A DNA stretch of 32,000 bases from Deinococcus radiodurans R1 = ATCC 13939 = DSM 20539 (GCF_000008565.1 NC_001263.1:511213-543212), one strand, 5' to 3'. Numbered from the stretch's first letter, positions 18,775-27,030 are shown. Translations and numbers: made by a program. The notes: generated by a model not told the origin, from the sequence alone.

Positions 18775-18989
18775 CGTTCACCACCTGGGCCGCTGCCCTC
18801 TAGCATCCTGACCGCCCGCTCTAGCTCGCTGACGGTGTACCGTGCCCGCTCGACTTGGGCCGCTCGCCGCGCCTCTGGGGTTTTCGCGTGCGCCTCCATG
18901 AGTACGAGCCTGACGCCCCGCGAGGCCAGCTCCCAGAGCAGGGGGTCAACCTCAGCGGGCCGCCTGAGCCTGAACCGCCCGCCGCTCAC
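18771..18989 (-). CDS. hypothetical small protein
   Basis: 72 aa. The junction GGTGAGCGGTGAGCGG supplies an SD-like box plus the GTG/TGA overlap. Confidence 0.55.
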   Translation of the reverse strand: MSGGRFRLRRPAEVDPLLWELASRGVRLVLMEAHAKTPEARRAAQVERARYTVSELERAVRMLEGSGPGGER

Positions 18990-19246
18990 CGCTCACCCTC
19001 TGGGGGCAGCGCTGCCGCGTCGAGCACCTGGGCGAGCACCGCCCAGCCGTCAGGGGTCAGGGTGCCCGCGCCGGTCACGTACCCCGCCGCGTGTAGGGCG
19101 TCGAGCTGGGCCGCGCTGGGGGGGCGGTGCTCGACGGTCACCGCGAGGGCCTGAACCTGGGCCGCGAGGGTGCCCCAGCCGCTCGCGCTGAGGGCCTGGG
19201 CGTATGCCCTGAGCAGCGCCGGCGCGTATTCGTGCCGCGTGCTCAC
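18986..19246 (-). CDS. hypothetical small protein (possible paralogue of the next gene)
   Basis: 86 aa with a coupled start. It shares a G-x-LTP-x-G-x-A-x-L segment with 19243-19506. Confidence 0.55.
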   Translation of the reverse strand: MSTRHEYAPALLRAYAQALSASGWGTLAAQVQALAVTVEHRPPSAAQLDALHAAGYVTGAGTLTPDGWAVLAQVLDAAALPPEGER

Positions 19247-19506
19247 CTCTCACCCCCAGCGCTGCCCAGCCCTAACCGCTCGACGTGGGCACGTACCGCC
19301 GCGAGGCCCTGGGCGGTGAGCTGCCCGCCTGGGGTGAGCACCCCCAGCCCCTCAGCCGTCGAGCGGGCCGCGTTTTTGAGTCTGCCCAGCCTGGGGGCCT
19401 CGCGGCTGAGCAGCTCGCCCAGCCCCGGCACCGCCTGACCCTCTACCGTGCCCGCGTACACGTCGAGCGCGGCCCAGGTCACGGCGTTCATTTTCGCCCG
19501 CGTCAT
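19243..19506 (-). CDS. hypothetical small protein
   Basis: 87 aa. ATGA-coupled start. It ends in GSAGGER, encoded by a 14-mer copy. Confidence 0.55.
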   Translation of the reverse strand: MTRAKMNAVTWAALDVYAGTVEGQAVPGLGELLSREAPRLGRLKNAARSTAEGLGVLTPGGQLTAQGLAAVRAHVERLGLGSAGGER

Positions 19507-19979
19507 GACTCGCCCCGCTCAGCCTCAGCGAGTTTCAGCCCAGGGCGCAGCGCCCAGCGGGGGGCCACCCCGTGACACATACACCGGGCCGCCGCGTGCA
19601 TGACGGGCAGCGGCGGGGCATCAGGCCCCGGCCCGCCCGGTGCCCAGGGGGTATGAACCGCCCAGCCTAACGAACACTCCCCCATGAGGCGGCCCCAGTC
19701 TGGGGCGGCAGTGAAGTGTCTACAGGTGCCGCACCGCCCGCGCTCAGCCGCCCGCGCTGCCATATCGGGCACGGGGCGAGTCTGGGGGCGCGGCGGGGCA
19801 GCGGGCGGCCCCTGAACCGGGGGCGAGCTGGGCACCGGGGGGCGAGGTGCGGGGCGGGGGGGCAGCGAGGGCACCGGGGCCGGCGCGGGCACCTGAACCG
19901 GTTCAGGCGGGGCAGCGCTGGGGGTAGTTTGCCCGCGTGCCGCCCTGAGCTGGGCGAGAAAATCTGAGGAAAACGTCAC
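19503..19979 (-). CDS. hypothetical Pro-rich / Cys-rich protein
   Basis: 158 aa. A long proline-rich linker is followed by CGTCRHF...C...CMCH. The start overlaps the primase stop. Confidence 0.55.
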   Translation of the reverse strand: MTFSSDFLAQLRAARGQTTPSAAPPEPVQVPAPAPVPSLPPRPAPRPPVPSSPPVQGPPAAPPRPQTRPVPDMAARAAERGRCGTCRHFTAAPDWGRLMGECSLGWAVHTPWAPGGPGPDAPPLPVMHAAARCMCHGVAPRWALRPGLKLAEAERGES

Positions 19980-22651
19980 GCGCTCACCCCCTCGCCCTCT
20001 GCCCCGTCGAGCGCCGCGAGCGCGTCAGGGTGCACCCTGAGCGTTTTCACGGGCCGCCCGCCCGCCTTACCGCCTGGGGGCGTGCTGACTTCTACCCTCG
20101 CGGCCCCGCACTCGCTGAGCACTTTTAGAGCCGCGTCGAGCCGGGGGCCGGTCATACCCGCCTTACCCTCAGCGAGCACCCGGCGCACGTCTGCCACCTT
20201 GTGACCATCACACACGCGGCCCCGCTCGACGTACCCCAGCACCGTCTGAGCGTCGAGCACGTCAGCCCGCCGCCCCTCGCGCCACAGTTTGCGGGCGTGC
20301 GCCGCGAGGTACTCACACCACACCGCCGCGAGCGCCGCCGCCTCAGCGCCAACACGGGCGGGCTGAGGGTGAGCGCTGCCCAGCGTCACCACGTCGAGCG
20401 CGTGAAAAATCAGGGCGAGCCGTGCAAATGTTGCCGGTTGCTTAGAGATATGCGCCCGGTATGCCTCGCCCCGGCTGAGGTCTTTTAGGGCCTGGGCGTG
20501 CTGACGTTCCCAGGCGTCGTAAACCGCCTGAGCCTCTGGGGTGTAGAGCAGCGGGGCCGGGCCGCCGCTGGGGTACACGCTGCCCAGACTCTCAGGGGTC
20601 AAGGTGCCCAGCCCGTCGAGCACCGCCGCCGCCGCCTCGCGGAGCGCCTCGCTGACCGGCTCGCGCTGGGCGGCTTGGTCAAACTCTGGGAAGATGTCAG
20701 GCCAGATAAACACCTGAAACCGTTGTAAGAGGCCGTCACCGGCCCCGCGCTGGGCGTCGAGCACGTCAGCGAGCGGCCCCGGTTGGATACCGCCCAGCAC
20801 CCCAGCGCACATCAGCGGGATATGTACCACCCCGCGAGAGACGCGCTTGAGCGTAAAAGACTCGGTGCCGTTTGCCGCCTCCAAATAAAACGCCCGTTCA
20901 GTTTCACGCCCTGAGCGCTCAAACCCCGCGAGCCACCCGGTCAGCTCATCACGTACCACCGTCACACCCTGGGGGCTGTCCCTCAGAATCTCGCCCAGCG
21001 TCTCGGCGTTTGGGTCGTTGACCACGTACCACCGGGCAGTAAGGGCCGCCTCAGCCTCGCGCAGCGCCTCGCGTGCCTCTGTCAGCTCATCATCTGAGGG
21101 CATCTCGACGGGTTTACCGCCCCCCTTAAATGCCCGTTTCACGCGGGCTTCTAGCGCCTCTAGCTGGGCCGCCGCCTTACCTCTCGCGGTTTCCAGTTCT
21201 GAGCGCTGGGCGTCGAGCCGGTCAAACTCTGCTTTCTGGGCGCGAGTCAGCACCGCCGCCCCTCTATTCACGGCGTAGGTTTTTTTCAGCCCAGGCCGCC
21301 CGCATACCGCGCCCCAGAGGTTCGCGGGCACCGCTGGGGTGTTGGGGGCGTTTTTCAGTTTCACCGCCGCGCTGAGCATCCCCCCAGCACCGACGAGCAC
21401 CGGCCCCGCGAGCACCTCTAAGGGCAGCCCCGCCGCCCGCGCCTCAGCCTGTATCCACTGGGCGAGCGGGGCGGGCAGCAGCTCGACGGGCAGCGGCGGC
21501 ACCGGTTCAGTCACCGGGGGCAGAGGGGCAACCTCGCCCCAGGCCACCGGGGGCAGGTCAGCGGCGGCGGGGCGGGGGGCGCCACCCCCAGCGCTGCCCC
21601 GCTCAGGCTCAGGCAACCCCAGCACGCGGGCGGCCCGCTTGACCAACTCGCGCCGCTGGGCAGGGTCAGCCGTGTACACGTCCACACCCTCAGCGAGCAG
21701 CGCCCAGACTCCGAACGCGTCACGGGGCAGCCCATCCCCCAGGGGGTCGGCAGCGTGCCAGCTCATCACCACCTGAGCGCCTCGCGGGGTGCGCTCAGGG
21801 CGCAACCTCACGCCCGCCTGACCGCTCGACGAGCCGGGGTAAAGCCAGGGGCCATGAGGCCCGCCCTTATACCCGTGCTCGCCCAGCACCTCAGCGAGTG
21901 AGCGCGAGGCGTTAAACGTGTCTATGACGCTCGCCCCCTCGCCCTCACCGCCGCGCGAGCTGCCACCGCCCAGCCGGTTCAGGTCACGCTCAGCCGGGGC
22001 GGGCAGCTCAGCCGGTGCCCAGGGGCACGCGGCCCGCATGACCGGCAACAGGGCCGCCCAGCGCTGCCACAGGCTCAGCAGTTCGGGGGGCAGTTCGGGC
22101 AGCTCGCCCAGCGAGGCGGGCACCGGCCCCGTCCATTCATAGGGCCGCCCGGTGTCAGGGTGCACGCTGGGCGGCATCACGTCCTGCACCCCAGCCCCGC
22201 CGCGTAGCTCAAAAATGGTCAGCGGGGCGGGCCGCCCGCCGGGGCCTTTCTTGCCGCTGGGGTCAGGCCAGCTCAGGGCGTGCCGGTTCAGGCTCAGCCC
22301 GTCAGGGACGCGGAAAATAGGCTTTTCACCCTTCTTACCCCTGACCCGGTAGGGGTTAGAGGCGAGCACCGCCGCGAGGTCTACGCCCACCGCCGCGAGT
22401 GCGAGCGCCGCGCCGTCGTGGTCTATGTCGAGCGCGGCGGTTTGACTCTCAGAGTGCAGCAACCCCACACCGGCCCCAGGGTGCGCCGTGAGGTACTCGC
22501 GGGCAGCGCTGGGGGTGGTAATCCACTGGGCGGGGTCAGAATCCCATCCCTTCGCGCGGGGGCCTTTCGTGCCCTGGGGCACCGGCACCAACGCGGCCCA
22601 GCTCGCCAGGGCCTCAGCCTGGGCGATACGGTCAGCAAAGGGCGCGGTCAT
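19976..22651 (-). CDS. replication protein: bifunctional primase-polymerase (Prim-Pol) N-domain fused to a DUF3987-type helicase-like domain
   Basis: 891 aa. The N-terminus has LVPVPQGTKGPRAKGW, ALDIDHD (DxD) and PPSVHPDTGRPYEW, typical of Prim-Pol. The C-terminal half (FYLEAANGTESFTLKRVSRG...GGIQPGPL) resembles DUF3987 proteins of phage and plasmid primases. Confidence 0.8.
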   Translation of the reverse strand: MTAPFADRIAQAEALASWAALVPVPQGTKGPRAKGWDSDPAQWITTPSAAREYLTAHPGAGVGLLHSESQTAALDIDHDGAALALAAVGVDLAAVLASNPYRVRGKKGEKPIFRVPDGLSLNRHALSWPDPSGKKGPGGRPAPLTIFELRGGAGVQDVMPPSVHPDTGRPYEWTGPVPASLGELPELPPELLSLWQRWAALLPVMRAACPWAPAELPAPAERDLNRLGGGSSRGGEGEGASVIDTFNASRSLAEVLGEHGYKGGPHGPWLYPGSSSGQAGVRLRPERTPRGAQVVMSWHAADPLGDGLPRDAFGVWALLAEGVDVYTADPAQRRELVKRAARVLGLPEPERGSAGGGAPRPAAADLPPVAWGEVAPLPPVTEPVPPLPVELLPAPLAQWIQAEARAAGLPLEVLAGPVLVGAGGMLSAAVKLKNAPNTPAVPANLWGAVCGRPGLKKTYAVNRGAAVLTRAQKAEFDRLDAQRSELETARGKAAAQLEALEARVKRAFKGGGKPVEMPSDDELTEAREALREAEAALTARWYVVNDPNAETLGEILRDSPQGVTVVRDELTGWLAGFERSGRETERAFYLEAANGTESFTLKRVSRGVVHIPLMCAGVLGGIQPGPLADVLDAQRGAGDGLLQRFQVFIWPDIFPEFDQAAQREPVSEALREAAAAVLDGLGTLTPESLGSVYPSGGPAPLLYTPEAQAVYDAWERQHAQALKDLSRGEAYRAHISKQPATFARLALIFHALDVVTLGSAHPQPARVGAEAAALAAVWCEYLAAHARKLWREGRRADVLDAQTVLGYVERGRVCDGHKVADVRRVLAEGKAGMTGPRLDAALKVLSECGAARVEVSTPPGGKAGGRPVKTLRVHPDALAALDGAEGEGVSA

Positions 22652-22869
22652 CGAGCACCCCCAGCGCTGCCCAGGTGCGCCCCGCTCGCCTGTAGCTCGC
22701 TGAGCCTGTCGAGCAGCCGCCCCGCGATTTTTTCCAGCTCGCCCAGGGCGTCATACTCGCCCCGTGCCCGCATCTCTGGGGCCTCGCGCTCTATGTACTC
22801 GCTCAGGCTCGCGTGCTGCTCGCATAGCTCGCGGTACAGGACGCGGGGCGAGGGGGTGAACGCGAGCAC
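22648..22869 (-). CDS. hypothetical small protein upstream of the primase (start uncertain)
   Basis: ATGA-coupled to the primase start. The plausible coding part is VLAFTPSPRVLYRELCEQHASLSEYIEREAPEMRARGEYDALGELEKIAGRLLDRLSELQASGAHLGSAGGAR. GTG at 22869 or 22893. The rest of the 218-aa track ORF runs through repeat cluster B. Confidence 0.4.
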   Translation of the reverse strand: MLAFTPSPRVLYRELCEQHASLSEYIEREAPEMRARGEYDALGELEKIAGRLLDRLSELQASGAHLGSAGGAR

Positions 22870-22871
22870 CT

Positions 22872-23150
22872 GGGGAGTAGGAGTAGAAAACACTTCCCCC
22901 CTAAAACCCCCTGGGCTACCCTCCCCCCCCAGCGGGGGCAGGGTGAACAGTTTTTGTGCGCTGGGCGCGGGTTTCTCGCGCTCGCCCTGGGCGGTGCCGG
23001 TGTGAGTAGGAGTAGGCCGCGAGGTTATGGGGGCGGTAGGGGGGGAGACGATTCTACTCAAACCCCCGGCCCCGTTTTCTACTGTTTTCCCCGTCTGGGC
23101 CGGGGTTTTTGCCTCTGCCCCAGAGTAGAAAACAGGTTTTAGGGGTTTCT
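22872..23150. repeat. iteron-like cluster B (related to cluster A)
   Basis: GAGTAGGAGTAG occurs at 22875-22886 and 23014-23025. CCCCTAAAACCCCCTGGGCTACCCTCC at 22897-22923. An inverted copy GAGTAGAAAACAGGTTTTAGGGG at about 23123-23145. CTACTC/CTACTG boxes at 23054-23080. GAGGTTATG is shared with 8901-8909. Confidence 0.7.
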
Positions 23151-23264
23151 GGGGCGCCTTAACACATACGAAAATGCACGCGGCCCCGCTCGCGGTGCTC
23201 TCCGGTAGACTCTGGGCAAGCCCGCCAGCCTGCCCCCGCCCCGTGCCTGCCATATGGGGCGGTT

Positions 23265-23561
23265 TCATTTTTGCCCCTGAGCCGTCGAGCGCTCGGCCCG
23301 CCACGCGTCGAGCTGGGCGCGGTGAATGCGGTACACGGGCCGTGCGGGGGTGCCGTAGTTTTCAGCGAGCAGGCGGCCCGCTTTAATTTCGTTTCTGATG
23401 AGGTCTTGCCCGACGCGCAACAGGGCCGCCGTCTCTACCACGTCGAGCACGGGCAGGGTTGCGAGCTGCTCAGGGGTCAGGGTGGTACGTTTGCGCCCGT
23501 TCGTCACTCTGGGCGAGCGGGTCAGGTTTTCAGCATGTGTGCTGGGGTTAGGGGTGGTCAT
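23265..23561 (-). CDS. excisionase-family / MerR-like HTH DNA-binding protein (candidate Xis)
   Basis: 98 aa. LDVVETAALLRVGQDLIRNEIKAGRL...YRIHRAQLDAWR matches the HTH_17/excisionase pattern. GAGGG lies 8 nt before the ATG. It sits at the opposite end of the element from int. Confidence 0.7.
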   Translation of the reverse strand: MTTPNPSTHAENLTRSPRVTNGRKRTTLTPEQLATLPVLDVVETAALLRVGQDLIRNEIKAGRLLAENYGTPARPVYRIHRAQLDAWRAERSTAQGQK

Positions 23562-23717
23562 GTAAAGCCCTCGCGGTACACCCCAGCCGCGCCCCGCGTC
23601 GAGCGCAGGGGGCTAGGGGTAGAGCTGGGCGGGCCTGACTCGCCGCGTACCGTTTACGGCGTAGGGGTGTCAGGTTGCCCGGTGAGCGCTTCCCCGGTCA
23701 GGGGCAGCGCTGCCAGC

Positions 23718-24548
23718 TCAGGCGAGGGCAGGGGGCGCGAGGGGTGCGGCTGGGGGTATGGCCCGCGAGTAGAGCGGGCGAGGGGCGCGACGAACTGGGG
23801 GCCGCCGCTTAGGTTTACGGGGAGCCATGCGCCGCAGTACCCGTAGCAGCACGCGTACCGTTCGCCAGAATTGCCGCCGCTCGTTACGGTGCTCGCGCCC
23901 TTTGGGAAGTTGGAGAACGAACGAGTAGAGGGACGCCCTGAGTTGCGCTCCTAACGGTTCAAACCCATGCATGAGTTGCTTTACAACTGCCTGCGGGCCG
24001 CCTGGGAGATGCTTTGCAAGACTTAGAAGGATGTTGCCCCAGTGGTAGCCGTACTGGGCCGCTGTGGTTAGCTTTTCAGTCAGATAAGCGGGCTGAGGCG
24101 CGGCTATGTAAGTGCGGGGCAGCCCCAGACTCATTTTCTCTACCGGCGCTGCCCAGGCTGCAAACCCCGCGAGCTGCTCAGCCCCGTTTACCGGCTCCCC
24201 CCCCAGCGCTGCCCCCGCCTGGGCGTCAGGCTTAGCAGCGGGCCGCCCAGGGGCGAGCATGGCCCAGAGGCCCCAGCGGTACACCCCGGCCCCGCGCATG
24301 ACGGCACGGCGGTAGTGGCGAGCAGTCCAGGGGTCAGGGTGAACGCTCAGCGAACCGTCAGGGGTAACGTTGCCCAGGGTGGGTACGTCATGTGCCATAA
24401 GCTCAACCTCGACGCGGCGAGGTTCGCCCAGCCAACCGCCCGTGACGATTTGCACGGGCAGATAAACACAGCCGCCGTTAACCCTTATGACATACGCGCC
24501 CCAGACGTTTACACGTTTAGGGGTGGGCAGGGTCACGGGGGCGGACAT
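23718..24548 (-). CDS. hypothetical protein with a basic C-terminal tail
   Basis: 276 aa. First gene inside attR on the minus strand. The C-terminus reads RRMAPRKPKRRPPVRRAPRP. No family recognised. Confidence 0.55.
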   Translation of the reverse strand: MSAPVTLPTPKRVNVWGAYVIRVNGGCVYLPVQIVTGGWLGEPRRVEVELMAHDVPTLGNVTPDGSLSVHPDPWTARHYRRAVMRGAGVYRWGLWAMLAPGRPAAKPDAQAGAALGGEPVNGAEQLAGFAAWAAPVEKMSLGLPRTYIAAPQPAYLTEKLTTAAQYGYHWGNILLSLAKHLPGGPQAVVKQLMHGFEPLGAQLRASLYSFVLQLPKGREHRNERRQFWRTVRVLLRVLRRMAPRKPKRRPPVRRAPRPLYSRAIPPAAPLAPPALA

Positions 24549-24596
24549 ATCTCTATCTTACGCCCTGTTACGGCTGAGCATAAGTGAGGCGGCTAG

Positions 24597-24620
24597 GGTG
24601 TCAAACGGTTGTCAAACGTA
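24597..24620 (+). promoter_or_regulatory. candidate integrase/Xis arm-type site pair, attR side
   Basis: GGTGTCAAACGGTTGTCAAACGTA. It matches 7265-7288 at 22 of 24 positions and lies in the same orientation. Confidence 0.6.
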
Positions 24621-24748
24621 CTGGGCAGAATGACCGCCCCCCGTACCCCCTGGGGCGTAACGCCTGAGATACATTTTTACCGTCTGGGCGCGGCGCCTGC
24701 CCCTAAGCGCTCGACGGGGCACCCCTCGCCCGTTTTCCCGCTCATCCC

Positions 24749-24794
24749 CCTTCTAAGCGGTCGGTCGTAGGTTCAAGTCCTACAGGGTGCACCA
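24749..24794 (+). repeat. attR: displaced 3' fragment of tRNA-Arg (anticodon loop to CCA)
   Basis: 45 of 46 positions identical to 7150-7195. It has no 5' tRNA half upstream, so it is not a functional tRNA. Confidence 0.9.
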
Positions 24795-24798
24795 GAAG

Positions 24799-24835
24799 AA
24801 CCCCCACTTTTGATGGGGGTTTTACTTTTTGTTTG
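24799..24835 (+). terminator. intrinsic terminator, presumably the original tRNA-Arg terminator
   Basis: Stem CCCCCA (24801-24806) / TGGGGG (24814-24819) with a 7-nt loop, followed by TTTTACTTTTTGTTTG. Confidence 0.6.
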
Positions 24836-24951
24836 CGATAGACCGTTTAATCGGCGCCGCTTACTTCAACGAGCATCTCAGGATCGGCTTAGGGACAGGA
24901 ACGGTGCTCTGAATATTGATGAGCAACAAGTCTGGTCCCAAGGGATCGGAT

Positions 24952-27030
24952 TTACCGGTAGATAGGAATCTTGACATAGACATTCTTTTCACTGCCGTTG
25001 TCGAAGGTCACTGTTCCGATGGCGTTGATCTGCGTATACGAGCGATCAGAGCGCTCCCGTACAGTGAGTGGCAGAGTAAAGATCAAGGTGCTGCCGTCCT
25101 GAAGAAAGTCAGTCGCCAAAACCCCGGCAGTCTGTGACGGCCAGACGTCTGGAGCATCAATGGGAAATTTCTGCGTCGTACCGTCTTCCTCGTACTCCAG
25201 TTCGTAGTTGAACACGGCACGTATGGGGCTGGTCCCATTAGGAATCGTCTCGATGACGACGGCACAATGTTGGATTTGCCCGGGTGTGAGGTAGGCCTGC
25301 TCTGTGCCACCGGCGTCATCCACGCAGCCGCCAAATGTCCAATTGAGAAATTTGGGGGCGCCCTGCCGCGTTTCTGAACTTTCGGCAACTGTGTCGGCAG
25401 ATGGCTCGGTGGGCAACTCCGTGGTGACGCTGTGCTGTAGTTCCTTGAAGATCTTCCCTGTCTCGCTGGTGATAAAGAGCTGTCCTCCAGTCTTGATCAG
25501 CCCGAGATCGGTGTAGGCCTGCCCGGTCAGTTGTTTGCCAGGCCGGGTCAGGTCATAGCTGTAGTTGAAGCGCACCTGTCGGGTGTTGGCGCCTTCGGAC
25601 AGGGTCTGAACCTCGGAAACCCGCTGATACGAGCGCTCGGGCCAGCGCTTGAAATACCCAGCTTTGTCCTTTCGCAGCGCTGCTTTGGCCTGAAGACCCT
25701 GGTCAAAGTAAGTGACGCGGTCAGCATAGTGATTGATCGCTGCCGTCAGGTCATGACCACTGCCTGCGGCGAGGTAATCGTCCACGAAGGTCACAACTTC
25801 ATCGTCCGTGATGGGGTCTTCACTGGGCGGCAGCGCTTCGACAGGCGTCGCTTCTGGCGGCGGGATGATGGCGGCTGGAGGTTCAGGATCGGTAGGCACA
25901 GGCTCAGCAGGAGGTGAAGGCTCCGGTTCAGGAGGCTGTTCTTCTGTTTGCGACTGCTCTGCGACGGGAACCTGCACCTCCTCCGGAGTTTCAGTGGGTG
26001 CAGAGACGTCATTCTCCGACGTGCTTTCACTGACAGCTGTGACCGTTGAGGATCGCGGTGTGGAGGCCAACTTGTACCCGCCCAGGACAACAAGGCCAAT
26101 CACGAGTGGAATCCACCACGGAAAGCCGGCGCGTGACTGTGTCGGTCCAGGGTCAGGTGACTGGGGAGCCGCCGGGGGTGAAGGAACAGAAGGTGGAGGA
26201 GCGGGAGGTTCCTGCTGCGAAAGGATTGCCTGAGTGGGCTGAGCGCGTCGGAGTTCTTCCAGCACCTCGGCGGCGCTTACGGCGCGGACAGCCGGGTCCA
26301 ACTGCAAGCAGGATTCGAGGGCGTGGGCAACTTGAGGCGGAATTCCTGCTGGCCAGCTGGGGAGCCGCACGCCTTGCTGCCGTGCCGAGACGGGGGACAA
26401 CGCGGTGCCCGTCGCCGCTTCGAGCAGGGTGGCTGCCAGAGCGTACAAATCCGTCTGGGGGGTATAAGGGCCCCCCGAAAGCAGTTCCGGTGCGGCATAA
26501 CGCGGGTCGTGCGGCCAGTGGTCACGAAGTTCCTGCGCGGTGCGCCGTGCAAGTCCAAATTCTGCCAGCAGTGGCCGCTTCTGTGTATCAAACCAGACGG
26601 CTTCCGGACTGATCTGGGTATGGAGCAGAGCGCCCTGATGTGCAGCCGACAAGCCTTCAAACAGCGCCGTTGTCAGGGGCTGAAGCAGTTCCGGTGAAAC
26701 TGGCCCAGCGGACAGCAGCTCACGTAGAGTGATGGTGCGGCGCGGTTCGAAGACCAGAGAGAGCCACTCGCCTTCATCGATCAAATCACGCACGGGCAGC
26801 ACGTGGGGACTGTGCACCTGCAAAAGACTGCGGGCGTACCTCAACCAAGTCTGCCTTGCCCGTTGACCCCGAGGTGTGCCAGGGTCTGCAACCGCATAGA
26901 AACTGACCAAAACCTGCTCGTTCCACTCGGTGTGAGCTCGGTAAAGTGCCTCGTGTGGGGTGCTGTGCAACTGCTCATCGAGCAGATACCTTCCGGCTCT
27001 CCGGGCTCCTTGCTCAGGCCACTCAGCCAT
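24952..27030 (-). CDS. single-pass transmembrane pseudokinase (degenerate Ser/Thr kinase fold, Pro-rich linkers, extracytoplasmic NTF2-like and beta-rich domains)
   Basis: ATG at 27030 lies 6 nt after AGGAGG and overlaps the LRV gene stop by 8 nt. The kinase fold is recognisable (YAAPELL, DLYALAATLLEAATG, LQLDPAVRA), but the catalytic positions are substituted (see findings). TM helix FPWWIPLVIGLVVLGGY. The C-terminal part begins DDEVVTFVDDYLAAGSGHDL... Confidence 0.85.
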   Translation of the reverse strand: MAEWPEQGARRAGRYLLDEQLHSTPHEALYRAHTEWNEQVLVSFYAVADPGTPRGQRARQTWLRYARSLLQVHSPHVLPVRDLIDEGEWLSLVFEPRRTITLRELLSAGPVSPELLQPLTTALFEGLSAAHQGALLHTQISPEAVWFDTQKRPLLAEFGLARRTAQELRDHWPHDPRYAAPELLSGGPYTPQTDLYALAATLLEAATGTALSPVSARQQGVRLPSWPAGIPPQVAHALESCLQLDPAVRAVSAAEVLEELRRAQPTQAILSQQEPPAPPPSVPSPPAAPQSPDPGPTQSRAGFPWWIPLVIGLVVLGGYKLASTPRSSTVTAVSESTSENDVSAPTETPEEVQVPVAEQSQTEEQPPEPEPSPPAEPVPTDPEPPAAIIPPPEATPVEALPPSEDPITDDEVVTFVDDYLAAGSGHDLTAAINHYADRVTYFDQGLQAKAALRKDKAGYFKRWPERSYQRVSEVQTLSEGANTRQVRFNYSYDLTRPGKQLTGQAYTDLGLIKTGGQLFITSETGKIFKELQHSVTTELPTEPSADTVAESSETRQGAPKFLNWTFGGCVDDAGGTEQAYLTPGQIQHCAVVIETIPNGTSPIRAVFNYELEYEEDGTTQKFPIDAPDVWPSQTAGVLATDFLQDGSTLIFTLPLTVRERSDRSYTQINAIGTVTFDNGSEKNVYVKIPIYR

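Noticed and set aside
22870-23304. Upstream two-thirds of the 218-aa ORF 22648-23304
   Set aside because: - The sequence consists of the iteron-like boxes of cluster B in both orientations.
- It overlaps the end of the Xis-like gene.
- Only the last ~73-81 codons look protein-like, so I truncated the call.
7312-24215. Possibility that the recurring 14-mer marks a CRISPR array or a MITE family
   Set aside because: - Spacing is irregular, from tens of bp to 2 kb.
- Copies occur in both orientations and mostly inside coding sequence.
- There are no cas genes.
- There is no longer conserved unit or terminal inverted repeat around the copies.
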